From the human T2T-CHM13v2.0 reference genome, Homo sapiens: a stretch of DNA of 64,000 nt. Of the stretch, positions 34,122 through 49,895 are shown one piece after another; within the stretch, counting starts at the first letter, position 1; every line of letters starts with the position of its first letter. The notes under the pieces are model-generated. The model made no database searches and was not told where the DNA came from. It saw only the letters and a program-made list of their open reading frames with translations. The stretch lies in NCBI RefSeq assembly GCF_009914755.1, contig NC_060944.1. The stretch is one strand, 5' to 3'. The position numbers and the translations under genes were made by a program.

Positions 34122-34539
34122 TGAAAAAAGATGATCAAGACAAACTCTTCATACAGTGCCCGCTGTACAAAGTAAGAAATTAATAATGGTCACGTTTGTG
34201 ATTATTATTTAAACACCAAGCAGATATTAAATATTAGGGCTCAGAGAGGGCATGCGACCCGCCTGAATTCACTCAGCTGCAGAGCTGGAAAGAGAACTCA
34301 GGCCTTTTTCCCCACGCTGGAAGGGGTAGCTGGGGCGGAGAGGTGGGGGGAGCGGTGAAGAAACCCCAAGCGGCCCAAGCTGTGGGTCTGGGTTGGGAGA
34401 CTCGCAGGTGTGGGGCGGGGAGGTAAGGTGACCCTTGCTCAGCGACCGCGCCCGCAAGAAACGCATTCCCAGGCCTCCCGCCCGGGGTCTGCAGGTGACG
34501 GGCTGGGGGGAGCACGGGAACTAGCTAGACCAGTTTGTC

Positions 34540-34665
34540 GTCTCCATGGCGACCGCCCGCGCGGCGCCAGCCTGACAGTCCGTCCGGGTTTTATGAATGG
34601 GTGACGTCACAGGCCTGGCGTCTAACGGTCTGAGCCGCTGGTTCAGACGCTGACACAGACCGGCC
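34540..34665 (+). promoter_or_regulatory. ID1: ID1 upstream BMP-responsive element / CRE module (~-1 kb)
   Basis: GGCGCC 34563-34568, full CRE TGACGTCA 34602-34609, GGCGTC-N5-GTCT 34617-34631, CAGAC 34644-34648 and 34656-34660; matches the established Smad1/5-Smad4 and ATF/CREB element of ID1. Confidence 0.93.
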
Positions 34666-35429
34666 CGGGAAGGGAGGGGGGAGACTGTAGCTCCGCAGCT
34701 GCCGCGCCGTGGGAGGGAGACCCTGCTCTGAGGTCTTTGAGAAGAAAATTTAAAAAGCAGCCAAAAATGGGAAAAAACATTAAAAAATCACGAACTGTTG
34801 CAGGTTCAGGAAATTTTTGCAAGGAGCTGCAAATTCAAGGTGGAATCGAATGCAGCCTCACTCCACTGCGCTCTATCTAGTTCACTTCCCAGCCACCCAG
34901 CCCCAAACTTACTAGACTTTCCCGAATTAATTGCTCCCACCCGGGAGGGATCTGGGTAGGCCCTCCGGGTCTCAGGAACACGAACAGCAACATTATTTAG
35001 GAATTGAGAAAGCCCAGGGGAGCAGATGTAAAGGAGCGCCCGCTTTAAATTTCGGTCCTGATATTTGTAGATCAGGGTCCGAGAAGCATCTTCCAAGAGG
35101 GTCCGGAAACCCAGGCTCTCTGGGCTATCCAGAGCCAGCCGCTTCTCCGTTCGGGCCTCAATTTCTCTCATCTGTGAAATGGAGCTGGAGAAGTGAGAAA
35201 GTGAATATGGGAAAAACTGATTCCTGAGGTCTTTTCATTATAAGGCAATGCCTGCTTAGCTTCCTTGCCTCCTTCCAGAGGAGCCCAGTGCGGCCCTCGC
35301 CTCTACCCGCTGCCCTGCCCGGTGCCCTGCCACCGACCCACCCTTGCTGTTCTGAAACCCGGGTCGTCTTTCCACACTGCGAGCAGGCACTAGACGAGCA
35401 GGAGGCTGGACCTAGGAGCGCGGGTCACG

Positions 35430-35535
35430 CCCCCATGCCGCCCATTGGCTGCTTTTGAACGTTCTGAGCCCGCCCCTCCGGGGGCCGTGGCGTGTTTATA
35501 AAAGACAAGCTGTGGCTCCGCACTCTCATTCCACG
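35430..35535 (+). promoter_or_regulatory. ID1: ID1 core promoter
   Basis: GC boxes (CCGCCC ~35438 and ~35470), inverted CCAAT (ATTGG 35444-35448), TATAAAA 35497-35503; TSS expected ~35522-35530. Confidence 0.9.
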
Positions 35536-35626
35536 TTCTTAACTGTTCCATTTTCCGTATCTGCTTCGGGCTTCCACCTCATTTTTTTCGCTTTGCCCAT
35601 TCTGTTTCAGCCAGTCGCCAAGAATC

Positions 35627-36052
35627 ATGAAAGTCGCCAGTGGCAGCACCGCCACCGCCGCCGCGGGCCCCAGCTGCGCGCTGAAGGCCGGCAAGACAGC
35701 GAGCGGTGCGGGCGAGGTGGTGCGCTGTCTGTCTGAGCAGAGCGTGGCCATCTCGCGCTGCGCCGGGGGCGCCGGGGCGCGCCTGCCTGCCCTGCTGGAC
35801 GAGCAGCAGGTAAACGTGCTGCTCTACGACATGAACGGCTGTTACTCACGCCTCAAGGAGCTGGTGCCCACCCTGCCCCAGAACCGCAAGGTGAGCAAGG
35901 TGGAGATTCTCCAGCACGTCATCGACTACATCAGGGACCTTCAGTTGGAGCTGAACTCGGAATCCGAAGTTGGAACCCCCGGGGGCCGAGGGCTGCCGGT
36001 CCGGGCTCCGCTCAGCACCCTCAACGGCGAGATCAGCGCCCTGACGGCCGAG
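35627..36052 (+). CDS. ID1: ID1 exon 1 coding part (codons 1-142): DNA-binding protein inhibitor ID-1
   Basis: MKVASGSTATAAAGPSCALKAG... with the ID-family HLH (LLYDMNGCYSRLKELVPTLPQNRKVSKVEILQHVIDYIRDLQLEL), no basic region, and an RxxLxxxN D-box (RAPLSTLN). Ends at donor GAG|GTGAGA (36052/36053). Confidence 0.99.
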
Positions 36053-36076
36053 GTGAGATCCAGATCCGACCACTAG
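35627..36076 (+). CDS. ID1: ID1 intron-retention isoform (ID1b/ID1'), 149 aa ending VRSRSDH
   Basis: The frame continues 7 codons into the intron to TAG; this isoform is established for ID1. Confidence 0.9.
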   Translation: MKVASGSTATAAAGPSCALKAGKTASGAGEVVRCLSEQSVAISRCAGGAGARLPALLDEQQVNVLLYDMNGCYSRLKELVPTLPQNRKVSKVEILQHVIDYIRDLQLELNSESEVGTPGGRGLPVRAPLSTLNGEISALTAEVRSRSDH

Positions 36077-36291
36077 ATCATCCTTATACCGACGGGGAAA
36101 CGGAGGCCAGAGAGGGCGTGGGCGCTTGCACCACTTCCGTCCCATCCTTGCGGGTACCTGGCTATGCGGGGGTGCCTAAGGAGCCTGGAAAAAGCGCTCC
36201 CCCGTCGTGCTTCCTGGGGAAGGGGGCGTTCGCTGCGCTCGGAGCGGCGTCCCTTCCAACCCGCCGGTCTCATTTCTTCTCGTTTTCACAG
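36053..36291 (+). other. ID1: ID1 single intron (239 nt, GT-AG)
   Basis: GTGAGA donor; CTCAT branch candidate, pyrimidine tract and CAG acceptor. Confidence 0.97.
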
Positions 36292-36333
36292 GCGGCATGC
36301 GTTCCTGCGGACGATCGCATCTTGTGTCGCTGA
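36292..36333 (+). CDS. ID1: ID1 exon 2 coding part (AACVPADDRILCR*), giving the 155-aa canonical protein
   Basis: Pyrimidine tract and acceptor TTTCACAG|GCG at 36291/36292; phase-0 junction; 13 codons plus TGA match the known ID1 C-terminus. Confidence 0.98.
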   Translation, partial: AACVPADDRILCR

Positions 36334-36725
36334 AGCGCCTCCCCCAGGGACCGGCGGACCCCAGCCATCCAGGGGGCAAGAGGAATTACGTGCTCTGTGG
36401 GTCTCCCCCAACGCGCCTCGCCGGATCTGAGGGAGAACAAGACCGATCGGCGGCCACTGCGCCCTTAACTGCATCCAGCCTGGGGCTGAGGCTGAGGCAC
36501 TGGCGAGGAGAGGGCGCTCCTCTCTGCACACCTACTAGTCACCAGAGACTTTAGGGGGTGGGATTCCACTCGTGTGTTTCTATTTTTTGAAAAGCAGACA
36601 TTTTAAAAAATGGTCACGTTTGGTGCTTCTCAGATTTCTGAGGAAATTGCTTTGTATTGTATATTACAATGATCACCGACTGAAAATATTGTTTTACAAT
36701 AGTTCTGTGGGGCTGTTTTTTTGTT

Positions 36726-36731
36726 ATTAAA
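36726..36731 (+). terminator. ID1: ID1 polyadenylation signal ATTAAA (cleavage ~36750)
   Basis: ATTAAA after a U-rich upstream tract, followed by GT/T-rich and G-rich downstream sequence. Confidence 0.85.
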
Positions 36732-37424
36732 CAAATAATTTAGATGGTGGTAAAGTTGTAGTGACTTCTTGGGTTGAGGGGAGGGGCCTGGGCTGGGGGT
36801 TGACCCCTGACCCTCTTCACAGCTGGTTCTGGGAGGAGAATTGGAGGGCTACATCTGGATTGTTGCTCTTACCGGCCTGAATGAGTGTTTCCGGTGTCTT
36901 TAAAGTCTATTCTTCCCCCACCATCCCTGCCCATTTCCCTGCTCCCCAGTGTTATAAAACTAAATACTCCAGACCTCTGGGGTTTCTCACAGTGATCATT
37001 GGGCCATCTAGATCACCTGGGGAGGTTGTTAAAATGCAGATGAACCTGCCAGGGCCCCCTCTGTATTGGGAGTATTGAGCAAGCCATTTAAGTTGGAGAA
37101 CCTGGCCGCTGGACCACCCACTTCCTTGCCAAGATGTGGATAAAGTGAGACCCAGTGGAAAGGGACTTGCTTAGGGCCATAGCTTGTGAGAGGCAGTGAT
37201 TCTATCACCCCATTCCCCAGTTGGAGGTGCCTCCCCCAACAGCCTACCTCTGGGTTCCAGCAGGCAGCCCTGGGGCTCCTGGCTCATCCAAGTGGGTGAG
37301 CAAGTTGGCAGGGCCAGGCTGGGCACAGCTGCCGAGACACCTGCTCTGGGTCCAGACTCGGCCTCCTCACTCTGGCCTGGCTCTGTCGGCAGTTCAAACA
37401 AATCTCCCCCACCAACCCCGGGGC

Positions 37425-37479
37425 TCCTGCGTAGGATCTGAGGAGTGGACGAGTCTCATTACCCAGCTCCTGAGCAGGA
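37425..37479 (+). ncRNA. MIR3193: Annotated microRNA hairpin mir-3193 (mature 5' arm 37425-37446)
   Basis: TCCTGCGTAGGATCTGAGGAGT recognised as miR-3193; TCCTGC/GCAGGA ends close an imperfect 55-nt hairpin. Confidence 0.85.
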
Positions 37480-38549
37480 AAAATATGTCATTGGCAAGGG
37501 TCTAAGAATCTTCCTGGACATGTATGTGGATTTCTACTCAGGGGAGCATGTATGAGTGTCTACGCCTGTGTATGTAACAGGAGTAAGCTGATCTTCCCCC
37601 ACTACTCCCACAGTGGGGATGGGCCAACTGTTCACATATAGGCTTGGGGGAGGGGGTGTAAGTAGGAGTATGCTTGGGGGTGTGTGCAGAAGGGCAAATG
37701 AGAGCACATGTGTTCTGCAGATAAGTGTGGAACCTCCAGCTGTTTGGGCTTGTGTGTTCTGCCTAAATGCATTGTAGGCATCTCTGCATGGGTCTGGCAT
37801 GATGGATGGGTTTGTGTGTCTGGGGGCCACAGAACCACACTGTGGGTTTCTGTGTGTATAACTGTTCTATAGATTGGTTGGCATTCCTGGGCCTCTGCGG
37901 GTCTGGAGTGAAGGTGGGGACAGCTGTGTTTGGGCAAACCCTTCCTCAAAAGTTCACGTGGCAACTCCCTGGGCTATCGTTAGGTCCTGGGGGCACCAAC
38001 CCTCAAGGATTGCTGCCAGGTAAACCCCCCTGTATTACATATGGAGAAACTGAGTCCCAGGAATGACAAAGAACTTGTCCCAGACAGGTAAGGGCTATTA
38101 ATATATTTTGTCAATAAACAATAGAATAAAATCAATAGCCCTTAGCACCAGAAGCCTGGCTCTGCTCAACTGAACCCTTTACAAAAACGATTTCATGGAT
38201 CCCTGTGGGGCTAAAGGCAAGACTGTGATCCCAGTTTTACAGCAGAAGGAACAAGCTCAGAGAGGGGATGAACAAAAAATCAAATGAAAGATTATGATTT
38301 GAGCACTAACATTAAGCCAGGTACACCCCCTCCACAGTTTATGGATTTTATCGAAGAACCCAGTACTTGCAGGCGAATTATGTTCTTTGCTACCTCCTCC
38401 CCACCGGCTGCTGTATTACAGTACTAACCTCACGGAATGTAGTACAGAATAAATGAAATAAAGTAAGTGTGTAAAACGTTTAGCACAGTGCTTGGCACAG
38501 AATGTTTCATAGTTATAAATTATTATTGTCGCCTGTGAGTCCTTGGAGT

Positions 38550-39060
38550 GTCCTCGGAGGCACACGTGTGCACGCACGCACTCTCACGTGTGGGCCCCCG
38601 CCTGCAAGCCCACCCACGGGGTCTGAGCGGGTTCCCCCTCGCGTACTCCGACATGCAGGGCCTTTTTCCAGGGGAGGAAGGGGCTGCGGCGGGGGCCTGG
38701 GCCACCTCCCCCGCCATTCAGGCACACTCTGGATTCCACGTTTCCCTCTGTTCCCCTTTGGCCCAGACCCAGCCCATCTGGAGGCCGGCTCCGCGGCGGC
38801 CTGGGAGCGTTTCCATCAGCTGGGCCCGAGGAATGCGGAGCTATTTAACCTGAGCATCCCCAGGTGTACGGAGGCGCCTGGCTGTCTGGGGCCCGCAGCC
38901 TTTGGCACAGCCGCGCTAGACAAACAGCGCGCCGCCCCCGCCCTGCCCCTCCGCCCCCAGCTGCAGCCGGGCCTGGGAACCGGCGGGCGCCGGCGGCTTG
39001 CATAAGAGGCTCCGGGCCTCGCAGAGGGAGGGGGGACAGAGGCCACCGGTGTGTGTGCAT
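38550..39060. promoter_or_regulatory. CpG-rich downstream enhancer candidate (~+3.3 kb from ID1 TSS)
   Basis: High CpG; CACGTG 38563-38568 and 38585-38590; CATCTG 38775-38780; GGCGCC-N5-GTCTG 38873-38888; C/EBP-like TTGCATAA 38998-39005. Confidence 0.75.
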
Positions 39061-39577
39061 GTAACACACAAAACCCTGCTCCTTTGGAAATCATTAACTC
39101 CTTAACCCCTCCTGGACAGGACGAAGCCAGGAGCTGGGGTGGAAGATGCCGAGAAACCCGAGGACCAAGTTTCTTGGGCACTGGACTCTGCCTTTCCGGG
39201 GCTGTACTGTTAATTTTATTTAAGAAATACAGAGAGCTTATTGTGTGCTGGGCACCATGCTAAACTCTTTACAATATCAATTCATTTAATCGTCAGAACT
39301 TTAACGAGGCCAGTGCTATCATCATATGCTCATTTTAATAAGAGCAACCACCACCACTACAACAAGAGTAATAGGCTAACATTTTAGTAGGGAGGCAGGT
39401 AGAACACAAGCCCAGAATCAACCTTGATGCTCATCACTTCACCTGTCAGAGCCTCTTCTTTTTTGGAAAACGGGCTTCAGAACCTGGGCTTCAAGGATTA
39501 ATTGAACCAATGCACCTAAAAAGCATAGCACAGGCTCATGGTAGATACTTAGTGCATATTGCAATAAAGTGTTTTGA

Positions 39578-39808
<231 letters not shown>

Positions 39809-40631
39809 TAGAAAAGGGTTTTCACCATGTTGGCCAGGCTAGTCTCGAACTCTTGACCTGAAGGGATCTGCCCACCTCAGCTTCCCGAAGAGCTGGGATT
39901 ACAGATGTAAGCCACCGTGCCCGGCCTGTGTTCACTTTTCAGATGAGAAAACGGAGGCATCAAAGAGGTGAGGTGACCCACCCAAGGCCACATTGCACAT
40001 TACCTTAGAGGACTTTCCAGAAATCAGACTTGTCTAAATCAGGTTTATGAGGGGCCTCATGTTCCCACAGTATGTCCAGTTTATAAAGCCTTTCATCTTA
40101 TTTCCAACTGAAATCATACCTGGTCATTATATTTATTTGTTTTAAAAGCATAACTCAGATAAATGCAAGAAATATACACATATCACAATTTTTGCAACCC
40201 ATATTGGGGAATGTCTATTTTTTTTTTTAAGACAGTTTTCCTCGTCACCCAGGCTGGAGTGCAATGGGGCGATCTCGACTCAACCGCAACCTCCGCTTCC
40301 CAGTTTCAAGCAATTCTTCTGCCTCAGCTTCCCAAGAAGCTGGGATTACAGGCATATGCCAACACGCCCAGCTAATTTTTGTATTTTTAGTAGAGACAGG
40401 GTTTCACCATGTTTGCCAGGCTGCTCTCGAACTCCTGACCTCAGGTGATCTACCCTCCTCAGCCTCCCAAAGTGCATGAGGCCACCGTGCCCGGCTCTTT
40501 TTTTTTTTTTTTTTTTTTTTTTGAGACAGAGTCTCGCTCTGTCGCCCAGGCTGGAGTGCAGTGGCGTGATCTTGGCTCATTGCAACCTCCGCCTCCCGGG
40601 TTCAAGCAATTCTCATGCCTCAGCCTCCTGA

Positions 40632-41200
<569 letters not shown>

Positions 41201-41574
41201 GGGGTTAAAGGGAGGACAGTGGCTGGGAGCAAAGGCAGGGCAAGAGGCAAGGCAAATGCGGGTTCTAGGCCCAGTGCCACTTCTGGTTGGGCACCTGCTT
41301 CACCTCCTGGGCTCTTAGGATCCCCAGCATTTTTTTTTTTTTTTTTGAGACGGAGTCTCACTCTGTTGCCAACCTCTGCCTCCTGGGTTCAAGCAATTCT
41401 CCTGCCTCAGCCCCTCCAGTAGCTGAGTCTACCGGTGTGCACCACGACGCCCAGCAATTTTTGTATTTTTAGTAGAGACAGGGTTTCTACATGTTGGCCA
41501 GGTTGGTCTCGAACTACTGACCTCAGGTGATCCACCTGCCTTGGCCTCCCAAATTGTTGGGATTACAGGTGTGA

Positions 41575-41943
<369 letters not shown>

Positions 41944-42379
41944 TGAGGTTTCAGTGATATCATCCCAAACCTTTGCACTCCTCAAGCCTCAGGCTAGGCC
42001 ATTGTACTTCTACCTGTGAAACTAGCCCCAACTGGTTCTTTCAACAAATAGTTTATAAAGCTTCTACAATATACTAGGAACCGGGCCCCAGGAGTTAACA
42101 ATTCAGATACAAATTCTTGCAGTCTTGGAACTTACATTCTTAGTGGGAGACACGCAGTAGATAAATATGCAGATGTGTAATCAGAGGTGCATTTACCTGG
42201 AAATTACTTAAGCTTAAACTTCAAGCCTCCTCACATGGAAAGAGTATCAGCCATGTGTTAGCATGATTTCTGTGTGTTTTGCAAGATTTGCAAAATGTTG
42301 TATTCTTTTCCTTAGAGGCTGCACAAACCTAGATCCTCTTCTTTATATATAGACGAGACCGAGCAGGGCCCAAGCTTGA

Positions 42380-42872
<493 letters not shown>

Positions 42873-43206
42873 TGATCCATCCGCCTCGGCCTCCCAAAGT
42901 GCTGAGATTACAGGCGTGAACCACCGGGCCCGGCCTGTTGTTGTTTTAATAGAGACGGGGTCTTGCATGGTTGCCCAGGCTGGCCTCAAAATCCTGGGCT
43001 CAAGCAATCCTCCCGCCTCTGCCTCCCAAAGCACTGGGATTACAGGCGTGAGCCACCCTGTCCGGCCCGGTTTTTGGGTTTGAGACCCTAAAATCTCTGG
43101 GCGGCAGAGAAGAGCTGGGAAGCGGGCCAGCGCTTTCCAGAGCACCTGGTCTCATGCAGCTGCAAACGCAGGCGCTGTGCCCGCCCCCGTCTTCCTTTGG
43201 CCACCA

Positions 43207-43308
43207 GCGCCCCCTCCCGGGCAGAGCCCGGGCTATGCCACCGTGGGCGAGAAAGGCGGCCTGGTTGCGGCGAGAGGCGGAGGCTGATGCCTTGGTGGCC
43301 TCTAGTGG
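43207..43308 (-). promoter_or_regulatory. Pair of co-oriented CTCF motifs in a small CpG-rich patch
   Basis: Minus strand CCGGGAGGGGGCGC (43207-43220) and CCACTAGAGGCCAC (43295-43308). Confidence 0.65.
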
Positions 43309-43347
43309 ACGCCTTGGGAACTGCAGTCAGAGCTGCAAGCGTGTTAG

Positions 43348-43690
<343 letters not shown>

Positions 43691-43819
43691 TAGCCAGAAT
43701 GGTCTCGATCTCCTGACCTCGTGATGCGCCCGCCTCAGCCTCCCAAAGTGCTGGGATTACAGGCGTGAGCCAGCGTGCCCGGCATTCCTTCCCTTTTAAA
43801 GGAGGAGATCTTGGGCTAA

Positions 43820-44053
<234 letters not shown>

Positions 44054-44523
44054 TAGTAGAGACGGGGTTTCACCGTGGTCTCGATCTCCTGACCTCGTGA
44101 TCCGCTTGCCTCGGCCTCCCAAAATGCTGGGATTACAGGCGTGAGCCACCGCTCCCGGCTTTTTTTTTTTTTTTTTTTTTTTTTGTAGCCCAGGCTGGAG
44201 TGCAGTGGCGCGATCTTGGCTCATTGCAAACTCATCTCCTGGGTTCAAGCGATTCTCCTGCCTCAGCCTCCCGAGTAGCTAGGATTACAGGCGCCAGCCA
44301 CCACGCCTGGCTAATTTTGTATTTTTGGTAGAGACGGGTTTCTCCATGTTGATCAGGCTGGTCTCGAACTTCCGACCTCAGGTGATAAGCCTGCCTCAGC
44401 CTCTCAAAGTGCTGGGATTACAGGCGTGAGCCACGGCGCTCAAGCTAATTTTGTTTTTTGTTTTTGTTTTTGTTTTTTGTTTTTTGTTTTTGAGGCAGAG
44501 TTTCACTCTTTCGCCCAGGCTAG

Positions 44524-44820
<297 letters not shown>

Positions 44821-44905
44821 TAATCCCAGCACTTTGGGAGGCCGAGATTGCGCCACTGCACTCCAGCTTGGGCAACAAAGACTCTGTCTCAAAAAAAAAA
44901 AAAAA

Positions 44906-44976
<71 letters not shown>

Positions 44977-45188
44977 GTGTGTGTATATATATGTATATAT
45001 GTATGTGTATGTATATATGTATATATGTATATACATATGTATACATGTGTATATATGTATATATGTATATACATATGTATACATGTGTATATATGTATAT
45101 ACACATGTATACATGTGTATATATGTATATATACACACATATATGTATATACACACATATGTATATATACACATATATGTATATATAT
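44906..45188. repeat. Complex (TG/TA/CA)n alternating purine-pyrimidine repeat
   Basis: Seen directly; contains recurring ~32-bp units ATATGTATATACATATGTATACATGTGTATAT. Confidence 0.95.
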
Positions 45189-45199
45189 AAAACTATAAA

Positions 45200-46010
<811 letters not shown>

Positions 46011-46321
46011 GGACTGGAGTCTATTTTGATTAAACAGAATAATCAGAACTGGAAGGTCCCTTACATACAGCTTAACCCAGCGCACTCATTGTAGAGATAG
46101 GAAAAGGAAAGCCCGGAGAAGTTCAGTGACTTGCCCAGGATCCCTCAGACCTGGCCTCTTGGGCTAAGGTCATAGCCTTGGAAGTGATTCTGGGAGTGAG
46201 GCATGAGAATATATTTCCTTCTCATTTTGAAGATGAACAAGACTGTATTTTACCCTTAAAATAGTCTTCTAGGCTGGTTTTAGAATCTGGGCAGCTGGGC
46301 ACGGTGGGCTCACACCTGTCA

Positions 46322-46672
<351 letters not shown>

Positions 46673-46697
46673 TTAGGAGACCGAGGTGGGTGGATCA

Positions 46698-47308
<611 letters not shown>

Positions 47309-48413
47309 TGAGATGGTGTCTTGCTCTGTCGCCCAGGCTGTAGTGCAGTGGCAGGATCTCGGCCCACTGCAACCTCTGCCTCCCAGGTTCAGGCAATTCT
47401 ACTGCTTCAGCCTCCTGAGTAGCTGGGATTACAGGCATGTGCCACCACGCTCGGCTAATTTTTGTATTTTTAGTGGAGATGGGGTTTCACCATGTTGTCC
47501 AGGCTGGTCTCGAACTCCTTGACCTCAGGTGATCTACCTGCCTCAGCCTCACAAAGTGTTGGGATTAGAGGCATGAGCCACCATGCCCGGCCTTAACTCT
47601 TAAATATATCCCAAATTTACGCATTTCTGCCCTTCCCCTTGGCCATTACCCTGGTGCCCATCATCTCACTGGGATACTGCAATAGCCTCCTCAGTCACCC
47701 TGCTTCCATTTCCCCCTCATTCTCCACATGACAGCCAGAGAGATCCTTCTAAAAAATACAAGGATCACGTCACTTGCTTGCTTAAATGCTCCCTGTGGCA
47801 TTCGTTACTTTTGGAATAAAATCCTAATTTGTTACCATAGCCTACAAGGCACAGTAAGGCCTGGTTCCTGCCTACATCCACCCACTTCCCCTAACTCTCC
47901 CCTTGCCACTCCCCTCCAGTCACTTTGGTTTCCTTTCAGTTGCTCTTTCATAACTGGGGAGACTTTGCCTGTGCCTCAAATTCTACACCCTGCGTATCTT
48001 CATGTCCTTCAGCTTTCAGCCCAAAGGTTGGCTCAGAGGGTCTTCCCCGACCATCCCATCTCCTTCTTTTTTTTTTTTTTTTTTTTTTTTTGAGACAGGG
48101 TCCTCACTCTGTAGGCTGGAGTACTGTGGGGCAATCATGACTCACTTCAGCCTTGAACTCTTGGACTGAAGTGATCCTCTCGCCTCAGCCTCCCATGTAG
48201 CTGGGACCACAGGTGTGTGCCATCACGCCTGGCTAATTTTTTTTCTTTTCATTTTTGTAGAGATGGGGTCACACTTTGTTGTCCAGGCTAGTCTCAAATT
48301 CCTGGGATCAAGCAGTCCTTCCAAGTAGGGCTTCTCAGAGTGCTCAAGTGATCCTCCCACCTCAGCCTCCCAAGTAGCTGGGACTACAGGTGCACGCCAC
48401 CATGCCCAGCTAA

Positions 48414-48596
<183 letters not shown>

Positions 48597-48762
48597 TGAC
48601 AGGAAGAATGTCAAAAATTTGAGGCCATTAAGAAATAAAATGGCCAGGTGCAGTGGCTCACGCCTGTAATCCCAGCACTTTGGGAGGCCAAGGCAGGCGG
48701 ATCACCTAAGGTCGGGAGTTTGAGACCAGCCTGACCAACATGGAGAAGCCGCGTCTCTACTA

Positions 48763-49600
<838 letters not shown>

Positions 49601-49769
49601 TTAGCCAGGCATGGTGGTGCATGCCTGTAATCCCAGCTAATTGGGAGGCTGAGGTAGGAGAATTGCTTGAACCTGGGAAGGTGGAGGTTGCAGTGAACTG
49701 AGATCATGCCACTGCACTCCATCTTGGGCTACAGAGTGAGACTCTGACTCAAAAAAATAAAAACAAAAA

Positions 49770-49895
49770 CAGGGAACAGAAGAATTATTCAACTATGCTC
49801 CACTTTAATCCCTGACCCACAGAATCTGTGAGATATAGTAAAACGGTTGTCGTTTTAAGCCACTAAATTTTGGGGTAATTTGTTATGGAGCATTT
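49770..49895 (+). mobile_element. MLT1 LTR 3' fragment
   Basis: CTGACCCACAGAATCTGTGAGAT...TTTTAAGCCACTAAATTTTGGGGTAATTTGTTATG. Confidence 0.6.

Noticed and set aside
35455-35736. Overlapping upstream ORF of ID1
   Set aside because: Non-ATG start upstream of the TATA box, so it is not in the canonical mRNA.
34185-36622. Exact 14-mer AATGGTCACGTTTG upstream of ID1 (34185-34198) and in its 3'UTR (36609-36622)
   Set aside because: About one such match is expected by chance in this much unique sequence; no extension or TSD logic.
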